DNA from: Tubiluchus corallicola
Taxonomy: Eukaryota; Animalia; Priapulida
Direction of reading: 5' to 3'
Assembly (NCBI GenBank): GCA_030141605.1
Contig: JAQGDQ010002387.1
Location: 186,001 to 250,000 of the forward strand
DNA: 64,000 nt
In this document: positions 49,551-61,319 of the stretch, piece after piece
Layout: every line of letters begins with the position of its first letter
Position numbering within the stretch: the first letter of the stretch is position 1
Translations under genes and position numbers: made by a program
Notes under the pieces: generated by a model
Told to the model about the DNA's origin: nothing
What the model saw: the letters and a program-made list of their open reading frames with translations, nothing else
The model's database searches: none

Positions 49551-49653
49551 AAAATTACAATATATAAAACTTAGGTTTAAAACAATTACTATATATAAAA
49601 CACAGGTTTCAAACAATTACATTATATAAATATACGTTTAGAACGATTACAAT
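49551..49653. repeat. ~30-bp degenerate tandem repeat (about 3.5 units)
   Basis: aaacaattacnntatataaaacncaggttt-like units. Confidence 0.7.
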
Positions 49654-50322
49654 CTAACATTTACACAATTGCATTTATTTATCTATTTATTTATTTATTT
49701 ATTTATTATTAACAATTGCGTTTAACAGTAATGCACAAAAAACAATTAAGAAACTAACCAAGTAATAATTACACAGAGAGATGATCTGAAAATTTGAAAT
49801 TAGTTAAAAGATAAATGAGATTCTTTTAAAGCTTGGTAAAACACATCGGCAAAATTGAAAGTTTACATTTCGATGTCAAGATGGACTGAGTCATTCCAAC
49901 TCGGGTATGCTGTTGAATAGAGAATATGTGGGTAATGTTGTAATCTTTCTTATTTTCTTGAATATTTTTGATGAAAGACTGGTTATAGATCTTACCTTGT
50001 GTGGTCATTAGTCTTGTTTGGGAGCGTATGTGCACCTTTTATCCTTATTTTACACTTACTTACATTGATTTTCCTGACTTTATTTCATTGATCTTAATTA
50101 ACCTGGTTTGACTTGCTTACGTTGAATTTGTTGTGACATTTGGAGGCTGCTATCGCTACGTTCTTTCGCCAAAATTACAGGCTTCTGTAATTTAATTTAT
50201 AGTTCAAAAAGTCTGTAGTCTTCTAATGAATTTTTTTTAAACTAACAACAAACTGTTATAATTAAGAATTGGGGTAAATTTCTGCATTTCACGTTATTTA
50301 TTGTTTATCTGAATAAAAACTA

Positions 50323-51275
50323 CCGTAAAACGGGGTGAGTTCGCCACTTTTTAAGGGTATTTTTTTACATTTCCTGCCTTAGCAAGAGAATTAGCCAACC
50401 GATTTTCTTAGTTCAAGCTTTATATTGCCCTTCGAATAAAACACTATCGTGGGGTGAATTCGCCGCTAACAATTTAACACTGTTTAATGCCATTCTAGGC
50501 AGCTGAAGTTAACTGGTTGTGATTGGCTGGTTGGGGGTGAGTTCGCCACCCTATGAAAAAATTATAAAAAATGTCTAGTTTTAGTTTTCAAATATAAACT
50601 TCTACGTTGGCAAGGAAGGCTTGAACGTCTTGTGCACTGATCTTATCGCGGTCGCCCTTGATGTTGCCAGCCACTCTGAAAACCAGATTGTTCCTTCGGG
50701 CGAATGATTTGACAAAGTCTATTCCAGGGGTGTTTGCCTTGAATCGTCGTTCCTGGATTCCCTTCGCGTCAAGAACACTCTTAATCAGTAGTCGGAGATC
50801 GATGGCAGTCATTGGGAACCCCCACTCAGCGGCCACTGGGAGTGTACTGGCGATTTCGTGCTCCTCGGCGGCGGAGAACACTGGCTGACTTCCGGTCTTC
50901 TGCGGATGACTTCCGGAGAGTTTGTCAGAAAGGTCTTTCTTGGAACTCCGAATTGCCTCGCCGCTGGGCTGATTGTCCTGTTGGTATTCTTGACGGCATG
51001 TAGGGCAGCTTCCAGAGCTTCTGGGGTATAATTTTGGTATCTATGACCCGGTACAGTGGTGCAGGTGCGTGGCATGTTAAGTAGCCAGAAATAGTAGACA
51101 AATAATATGTAGCGCAGAATGGAATACTTCTAGTGCGAATTGAAAGAAGATAACTGTCGCAAACTGTTTATAATGACGGTGATCATGATATCTGTTCATT
51201 AAATACTGAACAATAGTTACAGCAAACCTACAATGGCCATTATGTAAGGGGTGGCGAACTCACCCCGTTTTACGG
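50323..51275 (-). mobile_element. pogo/Tigger-type DNA transposon, internally deleted, with perfect 25-bp TIRs and TA target duplication
   Basis: TA|ccgtaaaacggggtgagttcgccac ... gtggcgaactcaccccgttttacgg|TA; internal TIR-core copies near 50451 and 50534. Confidence 0.92.
50588..51075 (-). pseudogene. Truncated, frameshifted pogo-type transposase (HTH_psq + CENP-B/Tc5 HTH, no DDE domain)
   Basis: YTPEALEAALHAVK...ISPAARQFGVPRKT, then after a frameshift FSAAEEHEIA...WGFPMTAIDLRLLIKSVLD...PGIDFVKSFARRN. Confidence 0.85.
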
Positions 51276-52227
51276 TAGTTATTTATTTATTCACTTGCTA
51301 GTACTATGCTGAAATTGATGGAGCAAAATTAGCCAGGATTTGTACTGAAATATGGTCGAGTAAAAGTACAGCGGCTAGCCGTCTCTGGCGTTGATTAATG
51401 CTCTTTCTCGCCTAGATCTCAATGGTCTTTGTTATTTCAGGTTCACACTGTAAATATTGGATGATCAGTCGAGTGGACAAGGGAAAATCCTTGACCGATC
51501 AATACGTGATTGCCAAACCTAATTGATATCGATTACGCTAATCGATGCTGTGACCGTAGTTGTGTTTGCATCTGCCGATGGCTGTTCCCACTCAAGAAGA
51601 CCTTCAGAAAAAGCGGAGCCCTTTTAGTGGGAAGCCCTTTTATTTATAATGAAGCGAGAAGAGCTGTACACGTTCTTGAAGAACCGCATTTCTTCGGGAA
51701 AAACCGAAACGTGATACAATGTAATGGTGCAAAAATAGAAACCTCTATAAACTCACAAGAAAACACGAGCCAACGCTGCGGCAGCTTAATTAGTTTTATT
51801 GGTGCTAACTCACCTCATTGTGTTGGCGGTAGCGTGATGGATATGAGAGTACGCATGAACATTTTCACGCACCCACCACGGACATGTCGGTAGTGATTAA
51901 CATCAGCTGTGCGGACGTAAGTGGTTTCAGTCCTTCGATGTTGACGTAATTAGCAATAACAGCTTCGTGCTAGATTAGATATTAGTGAGCTTAATCGAGG
52001 AAGGTCTACTAACACATGAGACTTGCTGCAGCCACTAATATACTAAAGACTTATTAGTTTATTATAGTGGCACTTGCGTAGTGAGAACGTAAATTTTTGT
52101 GTCTTTCTTTATGTTGCATGACATAGACAAGTCTGTGGTCACATTTGAAGGTAACAAGACTTGGCCCATTGGTTGACAAAATGCATGATAGTAGTGTAGT
52201 GCTAATCAACTACACACATTGATTCTA

Positions 52228-53724
52228 ATGGCATTTAATTTTATTCTTGGTAAGCGCCTGGAATCTGTAGCTGAAGGATGCGTTGAACCACGGTACGAAA
52301 AAGAAAAACGAGAAAAGAGCATGGCAGCCGAGAAAAGGAGAGCAGCACAGGAGTGCCTTTTATTGGAGGAGGATGACAGCAGGGCAGATCCATCAAAATC
52401 CTCGCAGCAGTCAGACACAAACAGACAGAGCAGCGATCTGAACAAGAATGGCGTCATCTGTTCAGATCATCCTAACACACGCATAATGATCAACATCAGT
52501 GGTTTAAGGTTCGAGACCCGGGTAAAGACGTTACGTCGGTACCCTGATTCTTTGTTGGGTAATCCAGCCAAACGTTGCAAGTACTTCGACACTTTGAGGA
52601 ACGAGTATTATTTTGACCGACATCGACCTAGCTTTGATGCAATTCTCCATTATTACCAGAGTAAAGGGCGACTGCAGCGACCTGCCAATGTTCCTATGGA
52701 CGTATTCATCAGTGAAATCAAATTTTTCCAATTAGGCGAGAAGGTGCTTGAGCAATACTTGGAAGGAGAAGGCATCGTGAAGGAGAAACCAAGAGCTTTA
52801 CCAAAAAACCCCACTTTGAGGACAATCTGGAAATTGTTTGAGCACCCAGATGCCGGATGGCCATCACGTATTGTGGCAGTTATATCAATATCAGTCATAG
52901 TGTTATCTGTGATCACATTCTGTGTGGAAACGTTACCAGAATTTTCTCAAAATAAAACTGTTTTGTTTCAAAATGCCACAAGAGATGAGATTGGGGCCTT
53001 TCTTTTTAGCGATCCTTTCTTTGTCATTGAGACATTGTGTGTGTGCTGGTTTACATTTGAGTTAATCATGCGTTTTGTGTCGTCGCCAAATAAATTTAAG
53101 TTCTGGAAAAGTTTTATGAATATTATAGATTTGACTGCCATCGTGCCATACTTCATAGGTCTATCAGTGACATACATCAACAAGTCTGGAGATATGGGAT
53201 CGATGAGCTTAGCTGTACTCAGGGTTCTTCGTCTAGTCAGGGTGTTTAGAATATTTAAACTGTCACGACATTACAAAGGTTTGCAAGTCATTGGTCAAAC
53301 TTTACGAGCAAGTATTCCAGAATTAGGATTACTTACTTTCTTTCTCATCATTGGCATGATTCTTTTTGCTAGTGCTGTCTACTTTGCCGAACTCGACAAA
53401 AGTGACTCTCACTTCACTAGTATTCCAGCCGCATTTTGGTGGGTGGTTGTCACCATGACCACAGTTGGATATGGTGACATGTTTCCACAAACAGGTTGGG
53501 GAAAGTTGGTGGGATCTCTCTGTGTGATATCCGGTGTTCTGACAATAGCACTTCCTGTGCCTATCATTGTGTCAAATTTTGATTATTATTACCACCGTCA
53601 TTGTGACACTGAAGCTTATACGACAGAAGAGGAGGATCCTCAAGCTGATGGCGATATAGGTACCAGAATAGATTTGGAAGCAGCTGGTAGCAAAAATGAT
53701 GATTACGATGAAACACATTGCTGA
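52228..53724 (+). CDS. KCNA: Shaker/Kv1 (KCNA-family) voltage-gated potassium channel alpha subunit, intronless CDS (alternative start 52321)
   Basis: T1 domain ([13 protein letters not shown]...[20 protein letters not shown]), S4 [18 protein letters not shown], pore [16 protein letters not shown]6 [16 protein letters not shown]. Confidence 0.97.
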   Translation: MAFNFILGKRLESVAEGCVEPRYEKEKREKSMAAEKRRAAQECLLLEEDDSRADPSKSSQQSDTNRQSSDLNKNGVICSDHPNTRIMINISGLRFETRVKTLRRYPDSLLGNPAKRCKYFDTLRNEYYFDRHRPSFDAILHYYQSKGRLQRPANVPMDVFISEIKFFQLGEKVLEQYLEGEGIVKEKPRALPKNPTLRTIWKLFEHPDAGWPSRIVAVISISVIVLSVITFCVETLPEFSQNKTVLFQNATRDEIGAFLFSDPFFVIETLCVCWFTFELIMRFVSSPNKFKFWKSFMNIIDLTAIVPYFIGLSVTYINKSGDMGSMSLAVLRVLRLVRVFRIFKLSRHYKGLQVIGQTLRASIPELGLLTFFLIIGMILFASAVYFAELDKSDSHFTSIPAAFWWVVVTMTTVGYGDMFPQTGWGKLVGSLCVISGVLTIALPVPIIVSNFDYYYHRHCDTEAYTTEEEDPQADGDIGTRIDLEAAGSKNDDYDETHC

Positions 53725-54701
53725 GATACAGAACGGATTCGTGGTGGATATCTTACAAGCGTACGTTATTTATGTTTAATAATTGTTTCTCTGTAATACT
53801 CATTTCTGGAATGTCTACGATCTGGAATTTTTTCGTTTTGCAGTGTATTTTAAATTTGTTAACAGTTTTAACTAAGTAAAGAAGTTTTTCAACTTGATTA
53901 TTAGAGCCCTAATATAGGCATGTACCCCATTTTCATTCCATATTAGAATGCCTTGTATACATTCTGTATGTATAGTCATGAGAAATGTGACCTTGTCTTT
54001 TACTGTGATACATATAAAGACGGTCAGGTGAACTATAATCATACCTAGGTTTACCGCAATACATGATGTTGGTCTCACATTTCAAGTATGCTCGTCTTTA
54101 TTATAATGTGTAATGTTTTGCTAAGTCTGGACTTTAAATGTTCTGCATTTTGTTCGAATTATTCCTATTTTAACAAATTGTAAAAGTAGTAAGTCTTGAT
54201 TAAGTTGCTGCAACGCTGCTTTAAATTAGGACTGGTGCCGTAAAATCATTTTGTTCATTCAAATGTACTGAACTTCATAATATACTTAGATATCGTTTAC
54301 TACAGTAACTCTGTTTAATTCGTATCTTTGAGGATGGATGAAATTCTTCGTATTATGCGAAATATGGGTTCTGTGACAATTTGTACATGCGCATAGAAGC
54401 TCATTTGAGTTGTCAGAGTTAATCAGGTCTGTCGTTAGCTGATTTGATTGTATAAAATGATGGAAAGCAATGTGGTCTATTAATAAACATGGATGTTTAT
54501 GAAACAAACATGTTATTTGCTTAAGGCTATGCGATATAATGCCTACCTTCAAAGTAGATGTTGTTTTCTTATACGGATTGTTTGCCATTTTTATCTTGCT
54601 ATAACGTTGATAACATTTGTTGTTTCCAGTACCATTTCAAAACTATATTGTGTATTTCTTTCTATTAATTTTTTTGTTATGTCATGCTCAGTTTTGCAGC
54701 C

Positions 54702-54818
<117 letters not shown>

Positions 54819-56550
54819 TTATTGTATTATTCACGTTCGTATTTAAAAGACTCACTTGACAATCAAATACCGTATGATAACAATCATGAGCTAAATTATT
54901 GTTTTTACAATGGCCTGTTGCTTGAATCTCGTTCCATGCTTATGTCATAATTTAAAAAAATATTTTCACTAATTAACTATTAAATGAGCTAAGCATGTTC
55001 TCTAAATAGTAATAATACATGTAATTGTTGTTTCAACAGAAATCTTTGCTGAAGTCTTTTTTATGCTGATTTCAATAAAACTAAAGACTTAGGAATCACT
55101 TCAGTACATTTCTAATTCAGTAAGCCGTTTTTCATAGAATTATAACTTTATATGTACCTAATTACAGACCCCTTATAAGTACAATTATTAAACTTTGCAT
55201 TAAAATTTATACTAAAGTGGAAAGTTGTGCCTCATTAATAATAATTGCAGATTTGCAAGCGTATTTGATTGTCAGGGGATAAAACGATTTTAATCTAAAT
55301 GAGAGAAGCAAGTAACAAATCATTGTTTTCCAGTAAACAGGTTCGATTGGTGATTGGACAAATGAGGCTGGGAAATACAAATTTTAAGGCTTTTCTGCAT
55401 TTTATAGTATTTTTGAATTCCTTTTTCAGTTTCAATTTAAGAGGATCTCGTGTTGGATCTATTAACTTTTGTTAATGTTTGATAATTTTTCTTTGAGATT
55501 TTTTTGTAGACAAACGTCCCATAATACCACATAATTATAGCTTGAACCATATGTCAATAACGTACTTGCTAATCCTTGGGTTTACGCCGCTTGACCAGTA
55601 TTTGCTACTGATAGGAATCGCAGGTATTTACCATTTGTGTATATAGAAATCATAATTACATTACTATGATGTTATTAAAATTAGCTTGTTGTTTGTTATT
55701 GTTATTTCAAGTTTTCAAATTGCTTTGTAACCGCCTGATTCCTCGTGTTGAAAGCACTAATTTTAACTTGTTGCTATTATTGGTTGGTACGTAAACGTGC
55801 CAGGACTAATATCCATTGTATTATTATTAAAATTTTTACATTAAATATTACCATTCTACCTATGCCATTTTTGTCACTTTTGTAGCCTACTGTTCGTATG
55901 TTGTAAAAACAGTTTGAAATTACCCGTTTAATTTTTTCTTGTAAAATAATAACGAGATCTTTTAAATTACCTTCTTCTTGATGATAGAATCGTTACTGTT
56001 TGGTACATAATTTCTATGTATTGTGCAATTCTAACATCCCGGTTTTAAATCAGTATTCCCAATAAACGATTTTTTGTTATAACGTTGAGAAGTTAAGTGA
56101 TCATTATACTTTCTGTTGTTATTGTAGCAGTGCACACAATAATTTCCAATCTTTCAACAGTATTTTTTAACAATATTTCAAAGTCAGTTATTAATAAAAT
56201 TTGATTGTTAGACCATCATCGTCGTACGTCCATCACGTTACATCTATTATAGCGCTGGGCATGCAGAATTTTAAAATAAAAAAATCCGCCCTCGAGATAG
56301 CTAAACAAAGCAGTAATCCAGAAAAAACTAGTCACTGCTATTGTGGTGTCTGGTCAGCACCATTTCCGTTCTCTTGAGCATCATTGAAACACTAAAATCT
56401 TGTTGGAGAACGCCGTTTACTAGTTGCGACATGCGTGCTGCCATCTAGGGCCTACAAAAAATGTTATTAAGCAAGACAGAAGCTAGTGTTGTCCTTCCGC
56501 GGGTGTAAACGATGTGGTAGAGAAATGAGGTATTTAGGAAATTAAGTTAG

Positions 56551-56615
56551 ATCCGGAATTTGAACGCAAGATCTTTGTCATTCAAAATGCACATGCTTCA
56601 CCGACCAGACAAATG
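56551..56615 (-). mobile_element. Possible tRNA-derived SINE head
   Basis: Minus strand shows A-box-like tgtctggtcggtgaa and B-box-like gttcaaattcc; no intact cloverleaf. Confidence 0.3.
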
Positions 56616-56997
56616 ATTGACAACTGTCTCACTGAATGTTATTGAGCTGCTTTGTTTAGAAATATTATGCTTATTTTTTAATTTATTTTTTATTTTAAAT
56701 TTGTTTCATACATGTATACATAGCATTGTATAAAAATTAAAAATACTCAACTATACTACAAAATAGCGGTAGAAATAAATAAAATATTTACATATGCATA
56801 CATACACACCCAGACACAAAACATAAAATCACAAGACAGATCACTAAAAATACAATACACAGAGGCATGAAACTCAATAAAACTCACCTTAAAATGGTAA
56901 AAGATGTTGATTTCATAATGCAAAATATAGTTTGTAGTTTGTACCAGTTCGTCCATATAACTGTATTGTGATATGCAGAGTAAACATACAATTTATC

Positions 56998-57125
56998 AAT
57001 AATATTATTAGGTATTTCTGCCAGCCCTTATATAAAGAATCCTGTTATTTTTCGTGTAATAATATTATTAGGTATTTCTGCCAGCCCTTATATAAAGAAT
57101 CCTGTTATCTTTCGTGTAATAATAT
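56998..57125. repeat. 60-bp tandem duplication (two copies, one mismatch)
   Basis: 57001-57060 and 57061-57120 are near-identical. Confidence 0.95.
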
Positions 57126-58899
57126 CATAGTTTGGCTTAAATAAAACACAAGCCCAGTGATATTTGGTTACTTTCATATGTTAAGTTTGTCCATTACCTT
57201 TCATCAGTACTAAACACTGTATAAACTAGAATGCAAGCACTAACGTGCTTGGATCCAGCACGTCCAATTTGCTCGTTTGATCTTTTTGTAAAGACAAAGT
57301 TAATGGTTTTCACAAGAAAGTCGCGGGAAGCATTTAGCACAGCATAGAATATGTTTTCCATACTGTTGGGCAAACTGTTTGTTAGACTCACGGTTAACAG
57401 AATCAGTCGCTTAATTGACTAATAAACGTCTGGTTCGTGCCGCTCCTATTCAAATGTGTATAAAAACTGTCGGCAGTTGATTCAATAACTCCGCATAACT
57501 AGCTCAATTTTTGTAGTTAAAATAAGACACTTGCGATCAAAGAGCGTTTACTACAGCGCGCCTTTGCAAACCATTATTTTCCGTGTTTGTCGTTTCCACT
57601 GCTTCCGCACAGAAAGCCACGTAAACACACGGATACGTACTCTAATAGTCAAACCATTTTTTCTGCGGAGGGACAAGTTCATTTTTATAATGGAGAGACT
57701 CACACGATGTAGAGATTAAACCTGGTTTGACGACAAGTTAATCCCAAATATAGTCACAGAGATTTTACAAAGGAGCTGTACGTCGAAGTGCCTATGATGC
57801 CTATGAAGTCAATAGTGATTTTAGAATATATCTTGTTTTTGTTATTAAGTTAGCGTTCCCGTAAATTTAGATCTGATTTTGCGATTGCATTTTTTAATTC
57901 ATAGTATATATTTACACGCGCTTTTGCAACAATAGATCTACTTTGCCCTGAAAATGTTCTTTCATAGTTATGTTGTTACAATGAAAAAAACTTGTAAGCT
58001 TCAAAACATTGTTACCTATATGATAAAAACCGCTTTTTAATTTTCAGTGAAAACAATCGGTCCATTTGAATTCTACTGGAAAGCACGCTGTAAAATTGCG
58101 ACTTCTCGGTACGCTTCACGACGAAATGCTTGTGATAACTTTTAAAGATATATTTGACAACAACACCACTAGACAATCTAACCAAGCTTTAGGGATTACA
58201 AAGACAAATGCGTGCCATAGGAAATGACATTAAGTCATTTCGCATCAAATAATAAAATACTATAAACAATAACTGGCAATCGGCCTGTGCTTAATTTCCA
58301 ACGTGCTGAAGTATAACTCTACATAACTAATTGGTTTACTTGTCAGATGAATTTAAATTAAATCATATTGTTGATAAGTTCTTAAGGCTTTAAAACCAGT
58401 ATTTATTTCCCAGTATTTATTTCACGAAGCTGTTTGTTGTGTTTGTTTTTCTTTTTTCTTTAGCGTTACTACAGCTATTCTTGTTTCTTGACTATCACTC
58501 ACTCACACTGGGCAAATTTTTATGGTGAAAAAAATCGCAAGTAGCGTATCATGTACACACGGAAACATCTGTTGACGCATGCGCGGTATGCGTGTGTGTC
58601 CAATTCGTGCTTTTTTTTTAGAAAATTAGCTGGATCAAGGGCGTATAGACCATTAAGCAAGGGCAAAGAAAACAAACGAAACTGATCCCTGAAAATCTAG
58701 AACAAACACAAAGCTGCCTGATATTGTTTACAAAAAGAAACATGCAAACGTTGTAAACTAACAACCTGTACCACTGTCTGTATTTCAGTCAAAATATGAA
58801 AAGATAAAACGTATATGCAGCACAGAATTAAATTTTAGAGATGAAAAGGGCTAGTTAGAAGATTATGGATAAAAGCACAAAGAGCCAAAGATACTTACC

Positions 58900-59200
58900 G
58901 GTGCCTATTAAAAGATAAATGATTATTCAGATTTACATCTTTTAAACGGTTTTTAACAAGTTTGCTACCCTGAGCACACAGCAAAGCAGCATCGTCGACA
59001 GACCCAGGGAGTTCATTCCAGATTTAATTATTCTATTTGAAAAACTTTTTTGAAATAACCAAGTTGGCGGTGAGTAGGCTGCAACTTTAAGCGGTGACCC
59101 CAGGTTACATCAGATACAAGTGCTTTGCTAAAAATACATATTTGTCTATAGCACTGTCTCCATTTAATATAGGATATGTTGACCAAACATACATCGTTAG
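58900..59200 (-). mobile_element. CR1-type LINE 3' fragment
   Basis: Minus strand FSNRII...WNELPGSV, similar to the CR1 ORF2 C-terminal FSxRVxxxWNxLP. Confidence 0.55.
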
Positions 59201-60158
59201 ATCATACAATGAGATTTGTCAGACTTTACAACGCTCACCAAACGAGATAATGCTACGTACATTTTATATAAAATAAACTAAAGATTGACCGATTGATTAA
59301 AGATAAAGACAAATTAAGTTATTTTGTATTTTTGGTAAAATGCACACTCGCAGGTTTTTTTAGTAAACAGGTATACACTAAACATAAATCATTTACTCCG
59401 CCAACCCATTGTACGTCGAATCACATCTGATAATAGCTGACTTTAATCAAATTATGCAATTCAGCTAAACTTTGCCAAAATTTTGATTTTTCAAGGCACT
59501 AGCGTCCTCTCCTCACTGCTACAGTTACTACATGTTTACAGCGTGACAGAGACTACACACTACAAGTTGCTCGCGCCATCTGTTGCAAATAAATAAAATT
59601 TCGCATGGGTGCGATAAGTATAGTACAATCTCTCTTATTGCTACGCACAACATGCATTATTACAGAATTGTACAGTTTTGCAGTTTTGAGTTACTCGCTT
59701 GCGAAGTAATTCTACAGAAAGGTTTGTTTCGCAGTGATGCTGCTATCGTTCTCGATTTTGCATTATCTTTTAATATTGTGACGTCAGAGTTGACCAACTC
59801 CCCACTTCTAAATTTTTACGAAAGAATCGGATTCCATCACATCAGTAAATGGTGTTCTAAATGAGTATTCAGGCAGTTTGGCAGAAAAACTCAATAAGCG
59901 ATTAACACAATGCTTTGCGTTCCAGATTGTTTACATACCACATGTTTATTTGAGCTGATTAAATTTTATCGTTTATTTCTAACGTAATACATAACACAAC
60001 TACAACTAGCATGAAATTATTGCTGAAATAAGCGCCTCAAAATGTCTCTAAATTGTTCATGTTATTCTTCTCTCTTTTTATTTCACTCTTTTCGTCCTTT
60101 TTTGTCGTTCTCATCATTTCTCATCCTCTCTCCTCTCGTTTCTCTCTTCCATCTCTCT

Positions 60159-60162
<4 letters not shown>

Positions 60163-60211
<49 letters not shown>
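60163..60211. repeat. (CT)n microsatellite
   Basis: Direct reading. Confidence 0.95.
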
Positions 60212-60216
<5 letters not shown>

Positions 60217-60982
60217 CCCACCTCTCTCTCGTTCCCCGTTCTCTGTGTCTTTTCTTATCTCTTTATCTGTTCACTCAACTCGCCTTTTTTCTCTGCTTCA
60301 GATGGGGTCTTGAAAATTAGCTCTTATGAATGCATAGGAGTGAACGTGTGAACGTAATGACAGAAACTTATGCTTTTGTACACACCTCTACAAACTGTTT
60401 TTACCACATCTTGGCCATATTTTATATAAGTTGATTGCCGGTGCAGATGATGAAATCCGATGTTGTTAAAGTCAATAATTTTCAGTTTTAAAAATCTACA
60501 AATTAAAAAGTGGTTGATTATTCGTTTATTTTTCTTTTCTACCAACAGGCACGGGGACGTATCAATAGCTTAAACAATATAAACAATAATTTCAAAATCA
60601 GAATTTTTTCCGTGTAATTAGACTGCGTTGAGCATTTCAGGGTATGTATATTTTTTGCTGGCTGACAAAATTGGCAGATCATATCAATTTGTAAAGTAGC
60701 CGCGATTAAGGGGTTCAAAATCTTGAAACCTATTAACTTAACTTTCTATTAACTTGTGCGACTTTTTTTGGGGAAGATATTTTTCTGGGAAATGGTTTTT
60801 TCATCATTTGATCGGTACCCGAAGAATTTTGTGATTGTCCGAAAATTTTTTGCCGAATTGGGGGGGGGGGGTGAGGGCTGCAGCTCCCTTCCCCTTCACT
60901 GGTTCGTATGCCTGTACCGTGATCTATATGCACTAAAGTGACCCATGCCTTAAGTGAGGTCATCCATATTGAACCAGTTTTA

Positions 60983-61159
60983 GGTGACGTTTAGCATCCA
61001 GAATGCGTATGCTGTTTATCTTTTTTTCAATGCGCCCGTTTATCAGACCTGCGTTATGCATTATTTCTTTCTGCAGCTATTTTCTATTGATTTTTATTCC
61101 GGAACTATTCCGCAGATGGATAACGCATAACGCATTCCGGATGTCTGGTAAACGCCACT
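60983..61159. mobile_element. MITE copy 2 (same family as 33496-33690)
   Basis: Shared internal tttcaatgc.cccgtt...gacctgcgttatgc...ttctgcag and terminal aacgcataacgcattccggatg...aaacgccact. Confidence 0.75.
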
Positions 61160-61319
61160 TTAATGCCATTTGATTATCCGAAGCTCTTTTAAAAATAATT
61201 CTACGTTCCTCCTTGCGAAAGAATGTTAGAATATGCAGGCATAAAAGATTTGTAGGTCTACCATGTCGTCGTGTATAAGAAGACTGAACGGTGTACTACT
61301 GTAAATTAAGATACTTTAG

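Noticed and set aside
51869-51889. REST/NRSE-like CACCACGGACA in the Kv1 leader
   Set aside because: Only about half of the 21-bp consensus matches; both flanks mismatch
51510-51893. 127-aa ORF upstream of Kv1
   Set aside because: TTG start and no domain similarity; treated as leader sequence
60546-60914. hAT-type MITE (caggc...gcctg ends, G-run with gggctgcagc)
   Set aside because: No matching 8-bp target duplication and TIRs too short to support boundaries
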